From: Thermoproteus sp.
GTDB taxonomy: Archaea > Thermoproteota > Thermoprotei > Thermoproteales > Thermoproteaceae
Assembly: GCA_049976425.1 (NCBI GenBank)
Contig: JBMFIG010000001.1
Span: 32,001 to 96,000 of the forward strand
DNA: 64,000 nucleotides
Direction of reading: 5' to 3'
This document shows positions 18,273 to 28,392 of the stretch, one piece after another. Every line of letters starts with the position of its first letter. The first letter of the stretch is position 1. The position numbers and the translations under genes are program-made. The notes beneath the pieces are model-generated. The model was not told where the DNA came from. It was given only the letters and a program-made list of their open reading frames with translations, and did no database searches.

Positions 18273-19325
18273 ATGAAGATTTTAGTGCTGGGTTGCGGCA
18301 ACATAGGCAGATTCGTCTCCCGCCACCTACATGATAGGGGCCATGAGGTGGTCACGGTGGACGTGAAGGGCGGCGACTGTCCCGGGATCGTAAAGAGCGA
18401 CGTGGAGTCGCTGGAGGTTAAGTCTGTTGATCTGGCCATAGGCGCTCTGCCGGGCCCTGTCGCGTACAAAGTAGCCAAGTACGTCCTAGAGCGCGGCGTG
18501 GATCTCATAGACGTGTCCTACATGCCGGAGGATCCGCTGTCTTTGCACGAGGTGGCTAAGGGATCGGGCGCCCGTTATATCCCGGACGCCGGCGTGGCTC
18601 CCGGCCTCTCCAATATGTTGGTCGGCCGCCTGATGTCGGAGATCCCCCGGCTGGAGCAGATCAGGATATACGTGGGAGGCGTTCCGAAGACTCCGGTGGG
18701 TCCTCTGGGCTACTCGATAACCTGGAGCCCCTACGACCTAATAGAGGAGTACACGAGGCCTGCGCGGATAATACGCGGGGGGAGGATCGAGTCGGTGGAT
18801 CCGTTGTCGGACGTAGAGCTGGTGGATACGCCGCTAGGCGAGATGGAGGCGTTCTACACAGACGGCTTGAGGACCTTACTGAGAACTGCCAAGATCCCCA
18901 ACATGTTCGAGAAGACCCTGAGATGGCCGGGCCACGTGGAGCGGATAAGGCTGTTGAGAGATCTCGGGCTGATGTCTGACGACGTAGTTGAGGGCGTGAG
19001 GCCTAAGCAAGTGCTGGCCGCGCTTTTGGGCCGTCTGAAGTTCCAAGTGCCCGACGTGGTCTACATGAAGGTGGCCGGCGAGAGCCCAGATGAGAGGATA
19101 ACCTACGAGGTGGTTGTCGAGCCTTCCGGCGAGTGGTCCGCCATGCAGAGGGCAACCGGCCTCACCGCCGCCTCGTTGATCGCGGTCGTCAAGGATCTGG
19201 ATCCCGGCGTTACGCCGCCGGAGATGATAGGCATGAGCAATAAACTTATGCCGAGAGTCCTCGCCTACTTGAAACAGAACGGCATAAACATAAACGTAGA
19301 GAAGGTGACGAGATCCGTCCTGTAA
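18273..19325 (+). CDS. saccharopine / lysine 6-dehydrogenase family
   Basis: VLGCGNIG, DAGVAPG and KTLRWPGH. Confidence 0.88.
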   Translation: MKILVLGCGNIGRFVSRHLHDRGHEVVTVDVKGGDCPGIVKSDVESLEVKSVDLAIGALPGPVAYKVAKYVLERGVDLIDVSYMPEDPLSLHEVAKGSGARYIPDAGVAPGLSNMLVGRLMSEIPRLEQIRIYVGGVPKTPVGPLGYSITWSPYDLIEEYTRPARIIRGGRIESVDPLSDVELVDTPLGEMEAFYTDGLRTLLRTAKIPNMFEKTLRWPGHVERIRLLRDLGLMSDDVVEGVRPKQVLAALLGRLKFQVPDVVYMKVAGESPDERITYEVVVEPSGEWSAMQRATGLTAASLIAVVKDLDPGVTPPEMIGMSNKLMPRVLAYLKQNGININVEKVTRSVL

Positions 19326-20611
19326 TGCCCGGCCTAGAGGACCAGTTAAGGAGGCCTGTGCGCGGGATGCGCGATATAACCCCCGAGCAGTTCTACGCGT
19401 TGAGGAGGGTAGAAGACAGCCTATCAAGAATCGCCGAGGCCTTCGGCTACAGACGCGTCGAGACGCCCGCCGTGGAGCACTTCGAGGTCCTGGCCAGGAA
19501 AGCCGGCCGCGAGATAGTGGACGAGATATACTACTTTAGGGATAAGGCCGGCCGGGAGCTCGGCCTGCGCTTCGACATGACGGTGCCGGTAGCCCGCGTC
19601 TTGTCGTACAAGCTCGATGAGCCTAAGCCCGTCAGGTGGTACTACTTCACTAAGGTGTGGCGCTACGACGAGCCGCAACACGGGCGCTATAGGGAGTTTT
19701 ATCAGTTCGGAGTTGAGTTAGTGGGCTCGGACAGCCCCAGGGCTGATGCTGAGGTGTTGGCGCTGATGGCCAAGTCCATAGAGGCGGTTGGCGTGAGGGA
19801 CTACGTGATAAGGCTCAGCGACCGCGCGGCGATGGACAAGGTGCTTGCATCGCTAGGTGTCGAGGGATCCCGCGAGGAGGTGCTCAGGATACTGGATAAA
19901 AGAGGCAAGGTGCCGGACGACGAGATCTTGGAAATGCTGAGGAGGGCCGGGCTGGGCGGAGGCGCGGCCGAGGCCCTCATGGCTCTAATCTCGGAGCAGA
20001 GGCCGGGCTCGGAAGCTCCCGACCTCTTCTCGAAGTACGACAAGAGCCTCGGCGAGAGGTACAGCCGCGTCGTGAAAGCCCTAGACGCCTATGGGGTGCT
20101 GGACAAGCTCGTCGTGGATCTCTCCATAGTCCGGGGGCTGGACTACTACACGGGCATGGTCTTCGAGGCCTACGCCGGCGAATACAGACTTGCGGTGGGC
20201 GGAGGCGGCCGCTACGACAACTTAATAGAGCTATACAGCGGTATTAGGACCCCGGCGCTGGGCTTTGCCATAGGCGTGGAGCGGCTGATGGAGGCGGCCG
20301 GCATAGCTCAAGCCGAATATCCGCTCGACTACTACATATACCCCATGACCGAGGACGCGTTCAAGGTAGCCGCTGAGGTGGCGGAGGCCCTAAGGAACAA
20401 GGGGGCCTCCGTCGCTATAGACCTAGGAGAGCTTACGTTGAGGGAGGCGCTGGAGCACGCGGCGAAGACCGGCGTGAGGCACTTCGTGATAATAGGTAAG
20501 AAGGAGCTGGAGAAAGGCGTCGTCAAGATACGCGACATGCGTAGACGCGTCGAGCTCGAGGTTGAGCTCGGCAGAATTAGGGAAGGATTACAGTCCCCTT
20601 CTGCCTCCTGA
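19325..20611 (+). CDS. hisS: histidyl-tRNA synthetase
   Basis: VRGMRD, LRFDMT, GRYREFYQ, RGLDYYTG and GGGRYD. Confidence 0.97.
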   Translation: MPGLEDQLRRPVRGMRDITPEQFYALRRVEDSLSRIAEAFGYRRVETPAVEHFEVLARKAGREIVDEIYYFRDKAGRELGLRFDMTVPVARVLSYKLDEPKPVRWYYFTKVWRYDEPQHGRYREFYQFGVELVGSDSPRADAEVLALMAKSIEAVGVRDYVIRLSDRAAMDKVLASLGVEGSREEVLRILDKRGKVPDDEILEMLRRAGLGGGAAEALMALISEQRPGSEAPDLFSKYDKSLGERYSRVVKALDAYGVLDKLVVDLSIVRGLDYYTGMVFEAYAGEYRLAVGGGGRYDNLIELYSGIRTPALGFAIGVERLMEAAGIAQAEYPLDYYIYPMTEDAFKVAAEVAEALRNKGASVAIDLGELTLREALEHAAKTGVRHFVIIGKKELEKGVVKIRDMRRRVELEVELGRIREGLQSPSAS

Positions 20612-21482
20612 ACACTTGATAGCCGTCCTCAAGCGCGCCTATCGCCGCCCACTTACCCCCACTCCTCAAAAACCTCAACGCGGCGAGTACCTTAGGCCCC
20701 ATAGACCCCTCCGGGAATTGGCCCTCGCGATATAGCCTCTCCAGCTCAGCCGCGCTCACCTTGTCGAGCTTTCGCCGACGGGGCGTATTGAAGTCGACGT
20801 ATACGCCGTCTATGTCGGTAAGTATGACGAAGGCCTCGGCGCCCAGGGCGTTTGCCAGAACTTGGCTTGCGAGATCTTTGTCGACCACCGCCTCGACTCC
20901 GCCGCGCTTAGAGACAGGCACGCCCCCTCCCCCCGACGCGATCACGATATGGCCTCTATCCAGAAGCGCCCTTATGGCCTCAGCCTCCACGACGGCTACG
21001 GGCTCCGGCGAGGGCACGACGCGCCTCCAGCCCCGCCTCACGTCCTCTCTTATGGACCACCCGTATTTTGTTGCAAGCCTCTCCGCGACCTCTCTGGGAT
21101 ATGCAGGGCCTATGAACTTCGTGGGGTTCTTGAAGGCTTGGTCCTCCTCGTCCACTAAGGTCCTCGTGACAACGGCGACGGCCTTGCCGGGGCCCAAGAT
21201 CTCGTCTATGGACTCAGCCAACAAATACCCCAGAAGGCCCTGGGTGGCGGCGACCAACGCGTCGAGCTTGAAATATCGTCGTTCTGCCAGGAGTTGAAGC
21301 TCGTCGAAAAAGCCGACCTGGGGGCCGTTGCCGTGGGTGACGACGACGCGCACGCCGTCCTCCTCCGCTATCTTGGCGACGACCTGTGCGGCTATCCTGA
21401 TATTTCTTATGTGCTCTTCCTGATCCATGGGCATCCCCGGTCTCACAAACGCGTTTCCCCCAAGGGCCACCACCACGAGCAT
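20577..21482 (-). CDS. arcC: carbamate kinase
   Basis: VALGGNA, THGNGPQVG, RRVVPSP, DKD and GSMGPKV. Confidence 0.95.
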   Translation of the reverse strand: MLVVVALGGNAFVRPGMPMDQEEHIRNIRIAAQVVAKIAEEDGVRVVVTHGNGPQVGFFDELQLLAERRYFKLDALVAATQGLLGYLLAESIDEILGPGKAVAVVTRTLVDEEDQAFKNPTKFIGPAYPREVAERLATKYGWSIREDVRRGWRRVVPSPEPVAVVEAEAIRALLDRGHIVIASGGGGVPVSKRGGVEAVVDKDLASQVLANALGAEAFVILTDIDGVYVDFNTPRRRKLDKVSAAELERLYREGQFPEGSMGPKVLAALRFLRSGGKWAAIGALEDGYQVFRRQKGTVILP

Positions 21483-21542
21483 TCTAGAAATGTGAATAGA
21501 AGCTAATAAGGTTCACTATATATAGAGGCAGTATAGATGTAT

Positions 21543-21920
21543 TTAGAAGTAGCGTGTTTGTTGTTGCTGTTGGGGGCCGCCCCCCTGTTGGATATAGATC
21601 GGAGGCGGCATTCCCAGCTCCCTTAATATCAGCGAGGCCTCGAACATGGCCATCTGCATCAGAGGAATCGCGATGTGCGGAGGGAGGTTCCCGGGGTCGA
21701 CCTCTCCCTGTATTACGGCGACGCCGCGTATGGTCAGCGTGACCGCGCTGGGGTTGGTAGTGAGCGCGAGGGCGAACGGCAACTCCAAGACGTTGCCCCT
21801 CCTCACCGCCCTATCGGCCTCTATCTGGTAGTTCATCTGTAGCTGAAGGGGCGTGTTGGGCGGCGGCGAGGCGACCCTCTCGGCGTGTATGTAGTCGAAG
21901 CGGATACCGGCCAAGCTCAT
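21543..21920 (-). CDS. conserved archaeal protein, SecB-like fold
   Basis: Four beta strands, one long helix, ELGMPPPI end motif, Q-rich tail. Confidence 0.6.
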   Translation of the reverse strand: MSLAGIRFDYIHAERVASPPPNTPLQLQMNYQIEADRAVRRGNVLELPFALALTTNPSAVTLTIRGVAVIQGEVDPGNLPPHIAIPLMQMAMFEASLILRELGMPPPIYIQQGGGPQQQQQTRYF

Positions 21921-21948
21921 AAGCTATAATAAAGGCGCTATTTAAATC

Positions 21949-22800
21949 GTGGCGGCTATAGTTATCGACAGGAGCGCCGACATAGTGCTGGTTAAAGACA
22001 CCGAGGTGATCGTGTCGCCTCTGTGCGGGGGACAGCCGCCGCCTCTAAGACTCTCCTCGCCCTCCCTGGAGCTCTTCGCGAGGGCTCTCCGTGCCGCCTA
22101 CGGCGGCGATGTCGCGCAGTATTTAGTAGACCAGAGAGTCCTAGGCCTGGACGATATGGATCCGGTCTTGCTCCTCGGCCAACTGCCTCTTGAGAAATCC
22201 CACCTAGCGTTCCTACTGCCGTACAGGGGAGTTGCGGCCGGTTGCGTATCGGCCTACCCAACGCCCGCGTTGGCCGCTATAGCTACGCTGAGCAACGCGC
22301 CCGCCTCAGCCGCGGTGGATTTCCGCTGGGATCTGTCGGGGCTCGCCGAGGTGATGGACCTCGCCGCGCGTCTAGGCGTTGATCTACAAGTGATCGTCCC
22401 TAGGCCCGTCGAGGCGCCAGGCGAGGTGTACTTGACCGAGTCGGTGCCGGGCTACATAAGGCGCCGTCTAGTGGGCGCGTTCAAGGGCAACGTGGGCCCA
22501 GGCGGCGAGGAGTTTACGCCGATAATCAAGAAGCCTCAGGGCGGCGGTCAGTGGAAAGAGGTTGAATACTGGAGAGCCGCGGAGAGAGTGGCCGAAGTCC
22601 TCGGCATGCGGCAAGACAGCCTAGGAGAGATCGCTGAGCTGGGCTTCCTTGCGCACAGGACAATACTCGACCTAGGCATAGGGCCGGGCCAATTGGGATA
22701 CCTGATCAAGTGGGGTCTACTGGAGCCTATAGCGGGCGGGTTCAGAGCCGGCGATAAATTGCTGTATCTGCTCTCGCTATCGGAGTCGGTCCGTCGTTAG
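21949..22800 (+). CDS. hypothetical protein (possible C-terminal wHTH)
   Basis: 283-aa ORF with host-like codon usage, divergent from the SecB-like gene. Confidence 0.65.
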   Translation: MAAIVIDRSADIVLVKDTEVIVSPLCGGQPPPLRLSSPSLELFARALRAAYGGDVAQYLVDQRVLGLDDMDPVLLLGQLPLEKSHLAFLLPYRGVAAGCVSAYPTPALAAIATLSNAPASAAVDFRWDLSGLAEVMDLAARLGVDLQVIVPRPVEAPGEVYLTESVPGYIRRRLVGAFKGNVGPGGEEFTPIIKKPQGGGQWKEVEYWRAAERVAEVLGMRQDSLGEIAELGFLAHRTILDLGIGPGQLGYLIKWGLLEPIAGGFRAGDKLLYLLSLSESVRR

Positions 22801-22879
22801 CAGCTCATCGGTCGCCCGTCCGGTTTCTCCCCATCGGCAATTGTGAAACCTTTATTTAAATGGCACAGTTCTCAAGACC

Positions 22880-23152
22880 ATGGAGGAGCCCCTCTCAACA
22901 ACTCTGCTGGCCATCTCCATGTTGATACTGGGGCTAGTGATAGGGCTGGCGGCGGCGCTTACCGCATCTAGGCCCTCGGCTCCCCAGACCCCGATAAAGG
23001 TGGCCGTGTACGGCCAAGGCGGCTCCGTGACAGTTACGATAACGCCGCCTTGCCAACTCGCGATAAACTCTACCGGAATTTACAACACCTGTACAGGGCT
23101 TATCCAAAGGCTGAACGGATCGCTCGACAACTTCACGATCGTCGTAGGCTGA
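22880..23152 (+). CDS. small membrane-anchored extracellular protein
   Basis: N-terminal TM, Cys pair and NxS/T sequons; TTTATTTAAA upstream. Confidence 0.65.
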   Translation: MEEPLSTTLLAISMLILGLVIGLAAALTASRPSAPQTPIKVAVYGQGGSVTVTITPPCQLAINSTGIYNTCTGLIQRLNGSLDNFTIVVG

Positions 23153-24152
23153 AGCTCCAGTCGTGTCGTTCGACGCAGGGATCGAAGTCGAACGCGTCGG
23201 GCAGATCCGGCAAATCCTCGGCTCTCCCCTTGACCACCAGCTCGGCCAATCTCCTGGCCACAGCCGGCCCCACCATGCTGCCGTACCCGTCGAGGCCTCC
23301 GATGACGTATAGATTGTCGAACCTCCCCACTTTGCCCGCCAGCGGGCCGCCTGTCGGCGACCCCTCGCAGACGCCCGACTTGGCGTAGAGAGGCAGAGCC
23401 CAGCCAGCCCTCCTGGCTATAAGCCTCGCTATCTTAGACGCGTAGCCTCTCGGCGGATCTGAATAGGCCTTGCCGCAACCGTCTCCGGCTATGTAGAGCG
23501 GCCACGGGCCCGGCCTCCCGTACCACGAAAGCACGTAGTCGCCGATGCTCAAGCCTCTTAACCACCCCGGCACTAGGAACGCCGCGGCGTAACACGAGTA
23601 TGGCCTAAACGGCAGATCGACGCCGATACGTAGGGCCAGCTCTCTGTTGTCGGCTCCGGCGGCCAGGATCACCGCATCGGCGTCCACGTGCCTCCCGTCC
23701 ACGACGAGGTAAACTCTCCTCCCTTTGGCGCCCAGCGCGGCCCTCTTGTCGGAGAACCCAAGCCTCCGCCTCAGCGAGGCGACGATCTTGCGTATAGGTA
23801 TCAGATAGTCGGTGGTCACCACGACCATCTCGTCCCTCGCCAGCCTGAGCCCCCTAAACCTGTCCAGGACTTGGTACTTGACGCCGGCCCTTCTCAAGCT
23901 GCTTAAGTCAGCGTATGTCGGCATGATGTCCACAGAGGTCACCGGCTCGATTGCGGCCATCTTCCTGTAAATCTCCAAGCTCTCCACGGCCATCTCCACG
24001 TCGCGCGGATCAGGCATCGACAATGTCAAGACCAACGACGTCAGCGGATACCTCAGCTCGCCGCCGAAGCCCACTACGTCGATTCCCGCCTCGCGTAGGA
24101 AATACGCCGTGAAGACCCCAGCTATGCCGCCTCCTACTACAGCCGCCTTCAC
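23133..24152 (-). CDS. FAD-dependent oxidoreductase, DadA/glycine oxidase family
   Basis: VVGGGIAG, VILAAG and GGLDGYGSMVGPAVA. Confidence 0.85.
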   Translation of the reverse strand: MKAAVVGGGIAGVFTAYFLREAGIDVVGFGGELRYPLTSLVLTLSMPDPRDVEMAVESLEIYRKMAAIEPVTSVDIMPTYADLSSLRRAGVKYQVLDRFRGLRLARDEMVVVTTDYLIPIRKIVASLRRRLGFSDKRAALGAKGRRVYLVVDGRHVDADAVILAAGADNRELALRIGVDLPFRPYSCYAAAFLVPGWLRGLSIGDYVLSWYGRPGPWPLYIAGDGCGKAYSDPPRGYASKIARLIARRAGWALPLYAKSGVCEGSPTGGPLAGKVGRFDNLYVIGGLDGYGSMVGPAVARRLAELVVKGRAEDLPDLPDAFDFDPCVERHDWSFSLRRS

Positions 24153-24181
24153 GACCGCCGTGAGCTAGGCCTATAAATTTT

Positions 24182-24628
24182 TTGACCTCCGTCTGGACAG
24201 TCGTGAGAGTTAAGAAGAGGTGGGGGTCGTTACGGGTTAGGCTTGTGCCTGACGCGTTGGAGCGGTACCGTTGCTTGGCGGTGGACGTCTTCTCGATAGC
24301 CGCCTCGCTTAAGGACGAGGAGGAGCTGTTCAGAGGGTTCGCCGAGGCCGGCCTGCCGGCTGTCCTCGTGCTGGACGCCTGGAGCGAGACCCAGCTCCCC
24401 TTAGCCAGGCGGTATCTGGAGCTCTGCGCCAAGTACGGGCTCGACTGCGTCCTCTCGGAACACAGACCTGCCGAGGAGGCGGCCGTGGAGCTGGCGTGTA
24501 GGGATAACTGCGCCGTGCTTACCAGAGATTACGACGCCCTGCGGAGGGCGTTAGAGCTCAACTGCGAGGTGCCCATATTGATCGTCAGAAGGGGGAGGGT
24601 TTACAGAGCCGTGGAGGTTAAGCCTTAA
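24182..24628 (+). CDS. PIN-like domain protein
   Basis: AVDVFS...AEEAAVELA...VLTRDYD resembles the PIN acidic motifs. Confidence 0.5.
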   Translation: MTSVWTVVRVKKRWGSLRVRLVPDALERYRCLAVDVFSIAASLKDEEELFRGFAEAGLPAVLVLDAWSETQLPLARRYLELCAKYGLDCVLSEHRPAEEAAVELACRDNCAVLTRDYDALRRALELNCEVPILIVRRGRVYRAVEVKP

Positions 24629-24649
24629 AGCGCCTCCGCATCAGTCGAC

Positions 24650-25027
24650 GTGGACGAGGCGGAGGCCGAGAGGATAGCGGAGGGGCTCGGGGAGCTCGAG
24701 AGGAAGATACTGGCCCACATCTACGCGTACGGGCCCGACACGCCTTGGCTGATGGCGCGTAGGCTCCTCGGCGCGGCCGGCTGGGCGCCCGTGGTTCCCG
24801 AGGACGAGGTCGAGGCGGCATGTAGAAGGCTTGAGGAGCTAGGCCTCCTGGAGAGGTACAGGGGTAGTCTTAAGGGGCGCGTGACGTCGTCGATAAAGCC
24901 GTGGCTCAAGGTTAAGCAGAGGAATCCAGAGCGTAAAGGCTCCGGCATATACTACAGCCTAACTAAGAAGGGCCGTTGGGTCGCCGGGTACATCTACAAG
25001 CGGTATTTCAGGACAAGATCAAGCTGA
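24650..25027 (+). CDS. winged-helix protein (DUF2250-like)
   Basis: [11 protein letters not shown]...LEELGLLER...YYSLTKKG. Confidence 0.7.
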   Translation: MDEAEAERIAEGLGELERKILAHIYAYGPDTPWLMARRLLGAAGWAPVVPEDEVEAACRRLEELGLLERYRGSLKGRVTSSIKPWLKVKQRNPERKGSGIYYSLTKKGRWVAGYIYKRYFRTRSS

Positions 25028-25922
25028 GGAGCGCCATCCTCAGCGGGACGCCGTACGCGGCCTGCCTGAAATAGGCCGCGTGTCTCGTCCCATCCACGGA
25101 GGGATCCAGCTCGTCTACTCTGGGCAACGGGTGGAGCACTATTAGGCCGTCCTTAGCCCCCCTTAAGGACTCCGCAGTAAGCCTATAGCTGCCCCTAACC
25201 CTCTCGTACTCTAGGGGGTCCAAGAACCTCTCCTTCTGTATCCTGACGACGTAGAGAACGTCGAGCTCCCCCAACGCCTCCTCGAGCCGCGAGTAGAACT
25301 CGTAGCGGAGGCCTCTGGACTGTATATAGTCCAGAGTCTCCTGGCGCGGCCTCAAGAACTCGGGCGATATCAAGGCCACCTCGACGTCGAACAACGCGAG
25401 TCCCTCCAGCAACGAGTTGACGGTCCTCGCGTACTTCAAGTCGCCCATCACGCCTATCCTCAACCCGTCCACCCTGCCTTTCTCCCGCCAGATCGTGTAT
25501 AGGTCCAACATGGCCTGTGTGGGGTGGTTGAACGAGCCGTCGCCGGCGTTTATGACCGGCGACTGCGCTATCTCGGCCGCAAGCTTAGCGGCGCCCTCAA
25601 GCTTGTGTCTCACCACGATCACGTCGGCGTAGGCGTCGAGCATCCTGATGGTGTCCGAAAACGTCTCGCCCTTCTCGACGCTGGTCCCCTCGGCGCTCGA
25701 GAAGCCGATGACATCCCCGCCGAGCCTCTTCATGGCCGTCTCGAAGCTGAGGCGGGTCCGCGTAGAGGGCTCGAAGAAAGCCACAGCCATGATTTTCCCC
25801 CTAAGCACGTCGAGGCCCGATCTGGCATATCGCTCCATCTCCCTCGCCTTCTCGAAGAGGACCTCCAGATCCCTCCTGGAGAAGTCCCGCATAGATATTA
25901 CGTCCCTCCCTCGCCAGGACAC
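25008..25922 (-). CDS. pyrB: aspartate carbamoyltransferase catalytic subunit
   Basis: [18 protein letters not shown] and HPLP. Confidence 0.97.
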   Translation of the reverse strand: MSWRGRDVISMRDFSRRDLEVLFEKAREMERYARSGLDVLRGKIMAVAFFEPSTRTRLSFETAMKRLGGDVIGFSSAEGTSVEKGETFSDTIRMLDAYADVIVVRHKLEGAAKLAAEIAQSPVINAGDGSFNHPTQAMLDLYTIWREKGRVDGLRIGVMGDLKYARTVNSLLEGLALFDVEVALISPEFLRPRQETLDYIQSRGLRYEFYSRLEEALGELDVLYVVRIQKERFLDPLEYERVRGSYRLTAESLRGAKDGLIVLHPLPRVDELDPSVDGTRHAAYFRQAAYGVPLRMALLSLILS

Positions 25923-25961
25923 TCACCATAAGGCAATTAAATTAAATATTGTCCTCTCGGC

Positions 25962-26561
25962 ATGTATCCCGTAGTGGTAGCGCTCGATACGGATCTAAAG
26001 ACAGCGTTGGAGATTGCCAGGGCGTTGCGGGACGATGTGGCCGGCTATAAGGTGGGCTGGGATTTAGTCCTCGAAGCCGGCCTCGAGGCGGTGAGGGCCA
26101 TCTCGCGGCTGGGCCCCGTCGTGGTCGACCTCAAGCTGGCCGACGTCCCCCACATAGTCAAGCGCGTCGTGGACAAACTGTCGTCCGCCGGCGCGTGTTG
26201 CGCCATAGCCCACGGATTCCTGTTGCCCAGCCTGGAGAGGGACGAGAGGCTCTACGTGCTGGTTAAGATGACCGTCGGCTCGCAGTACGACAGGCTGTGG
26301 AAGGAGCTGTTGGGCGAGGTCGTCGGCTTTCGGGGAGTCGTGGCGCCGGGCAACGAGCCCCGGGCGATCTCGGCGATCAGGTCCTCGCTTGGTTGCTCAA
26401 CTAGGATAGTCTCGCCCGGCATAGGCGCCCAGGGCGGCAGGCCTGGGGACGCCATAAGGGCCGGCGCCGATTTCGAGATAGTGGGCAGGTATCTGCTGGA
26501 GAACCCGGCCAGAGTGTCCGAGTGGGCTGGGCTAAGATCGCCGTGCGGGAACTCCCTCTAG
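25962..26561 (+). CDS. pyrF: orotidine 5'-phosphate decarboxylase
   Basis: VALD, DLKLADV, SPGIGAQGG and IVGR. Confidence 0.95.
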   Translation: MYPVVVALDTDLKTALEIARALRDDVAGYKVGWDLVLEAGLEAVRAISRLGPVVVDLKLADVPHIVKRVVDKLSSAGACCAIAHGFLLPSLERDERLYVLVKMTVGSQYDRLWKELLGEVVGFRGVVAPGNEPRAISAIRSSLGCSTRIVSPGIGAQGGRPGDAIRAGADFEIVGRYLLENPARVSEWAGLRSPCGNSL

Positions 26562-26641
26562 GAGACGGCCGGAGGCATAGGTGTCGTGCCGCAGTGACAA
26601 CAGCCGCAAACCTCTTTTAAATAGGGCTGTATATATCGACA

Positions 26642-27100
26642 ATGCCGTCCACTGAGCTGATCGTCAGCAAGATCGAGAACGGGACGGTTATCGACCATAT
26701 ACCGGCCGGCCGTGCCCTCGCCGTGTTGAGGATACTCGGCATAACTGGGCGTGAGGGGATCAGAGTAGCCTTGGTTATGAACGTGGAGTCGAAGAAATTG
26801 GGCAGGAAAGACATAGTCAAGATAGAGGGCAGGGAGCTGACGCCGGACGAGGTAGACGTGATCTCGGCGGTTGCCCCCACTGCTACTATAAATATAATAA
26901 AGAACTACGAGGTGGTGAAGAAGTACAAGGTGAGGCCGCCCCACGTCATTAGGGGCAAGTTCAAGTGCAGGAACCCAAACTGTATAACCAACCAACACAG
27001 AGAGCACGTAGTGACGTCCTTCGTCTTGGTGAAGGAAGAGCCTCCGACGTTCGCGTGCGAGTACTGCGGCAGATACCACAGCTTGGAGGAGCTGGTCTGA
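26642..27100 (+). CDS. pyrI: aspartate carbamoyltransferase regulatory subunit
   Basis: [10 protein letters not shown] and CRNPNCIT...CEYC. Confidence 0.97.
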   Translation: MPSTELIVSKIENGTVIDHIPAGRALAVLRILGITGREGIRVALVMNVESKKLGRKDIVKIEGRELTPDEVDVISAVAPTATINIIKNYEVVKKYKVRPPHVIRGKFKCRNPNCITNQHREHVVTSFVLVKEEPPTFACEYCGRYHSLEELV

Positions 27101-27538
27101 TCACTTAACTACGACCGTTTCTGGCGGCGGGATTTCGGGGTTCAGCTCCAGCGCCTTGTCGCCGTAGCCGCAGATAGGCGTGTCGTTGAGGGGCTGTGCC
27201 ACTACCTGTCCCGTGACCTTTATGCCCTCTATCCAGACTATCCTCAACGGTATGTACGTGTCGTGCATCCAGAAACACCAAGTCGAGTTCTTGCCGAAGA
27301 GGAACAACATGCCCACCGCGCCGACTCCTCTGGGGTCGTACGACGTCGAGTTCATGTAGCCTCTAGTCCATTTAGCCGGGGTGTCCGCCAGATATACGGT
27401 GTAGGGCGTCCCGTCTAGAAGAACGACGACGGTTCTAGAAAACGGATCGTCGGATCGGGCCGCGTTGTGCGGGGCGGCGAGCGATATCGCGATCAGCGCA
27501 ATGGCGAGCGCGACGAGCGCCCACGCCCATTTCCTCAT
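27101..27538 (-). CDS. DUF192 family secreted protein
   Basis: Signal peptide; LADT...RGYM, GMLF and FWMHDTYIPL. Confidence 0.85.
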   Translation of the reverse strand: MRKWAWALVALAIALIAISLAAPHNAARSDDPFSRTVVVLLDGTPYTVYLADTPAKWTRGYMNSTSYDPRGVGAVGMLFLFGKNSTWCFWMHDTYIPLRIVWIEGIKVTGQVVAQPLNDTPICGYGDKALELNPEIPPPETVVVK

Positions 27539-28323
27539 ACGCTGTGCGTCAAGTAGTCGATCCTCCCGCCGTCGACGACCAGCACTTGTCCTGTGATGAA
27601 CCTAGCCTCGTCGGACGCGAGGAAGGCCACGGCCTTGGCTATATCGCTTGGGGTCGCCACGGAGCGTAGGGCCGTTCTGTTGACTATATCGGACTTGGCC
27701 CTCTCCACCTCCTCGCGGGTTCTGCCCCTTGTGGTTAGGTCCGTCTCTATCCAGCTGGGCGCCACCGCGTTGACCCTGATGCCGTATGGGGCGAGGTCGA
27801 ACGCGAGCCTTCTAGTCAGCATAATCACAGCGGCCTTAGTCACCGCGTAGTACGTGGTGTTCGTCAAGGCCGTGCCGAGGCCGGCTATCGACGCTATGTT
27901 TATCACCACGCCTCTGCTCCTCTTCAGGTAGGGCAACGCCTCCAACGTGACGTATATAGGCCCCTTAACGTTGATATACCACATCCTGTCGAAGCGCTCC
28001 TCGTCGAGTTGCTCGAACGGCATCAGCTCCATGACGCCGGCGTTGTTTACGACTATATCCAGCCCGCCGAAGGTGCGCGCTACGTCCTCCACCATCTTTT
28101 TGACCTCTTGCCTCTTCGAGACGTCGGCCTTGAAGATCTCGGCGCCTTCGCCCAGCTCCCTCCTCAACGCCTCAGCGGCCTCTCTGGAGGAGTTGTAGTT
28201 TATAGCCACGCGCGCCCCCCGCGAGCGGAGCTCTCTGGCTATGGCGGCGCCGATGCCCCTCGAGGCGCCCGTAACCAACGCGACCTTGCCCGACAAGCTC
28301 ATGTCACGCATCGTTGCTGGCAT
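27535..28323 (-). CDS. short-chain dehydrogenase/reductase (FabG-like)
   Basis: TGASRGIG, NNAG and YAVTK. Confidence 0.92.
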   Translation of the reverse strand: MPATMRDMSLSGKVALVTGASRGIGAAIARELRSRGARVAINYNSSREAAEALRRELGEGAEIFKADVSKRQEVKKMVEDVARTFGGLDIVVNNAGVMELMPFEQLDEERFDRMWYINVKGPIYVTLEALPYLKRSRGVVINIASIAGLGTALTNTTYYAVTKAAVIMLTRRLAFDLAPYGIRVNAVAPSWIETDLTTRGRTREEVERAKSDIVNRTALRSVATPSDIAKAVAFLASDEARFITGQVLVVDGGRIDYLTHSV

Positions 28324-28392
28324 TTTTAAGCGTGGCCGCCTCGGCAGATCCCCCGTGCGCGAAATATTAAAATACGTGCGGGGCCTTTGCCG

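Noticed and set aside
22780-22840. Minus-strand GCCGATGGGG...GCGA-CCGATGA...CCGA resembling a C/D sRNA or fluoride riboswitch
   Set aside because: The C box is poor, riboswitch pairing could not be built, there is no suitable downstream gene, and the nearby TATA box fits the 22880 gene.
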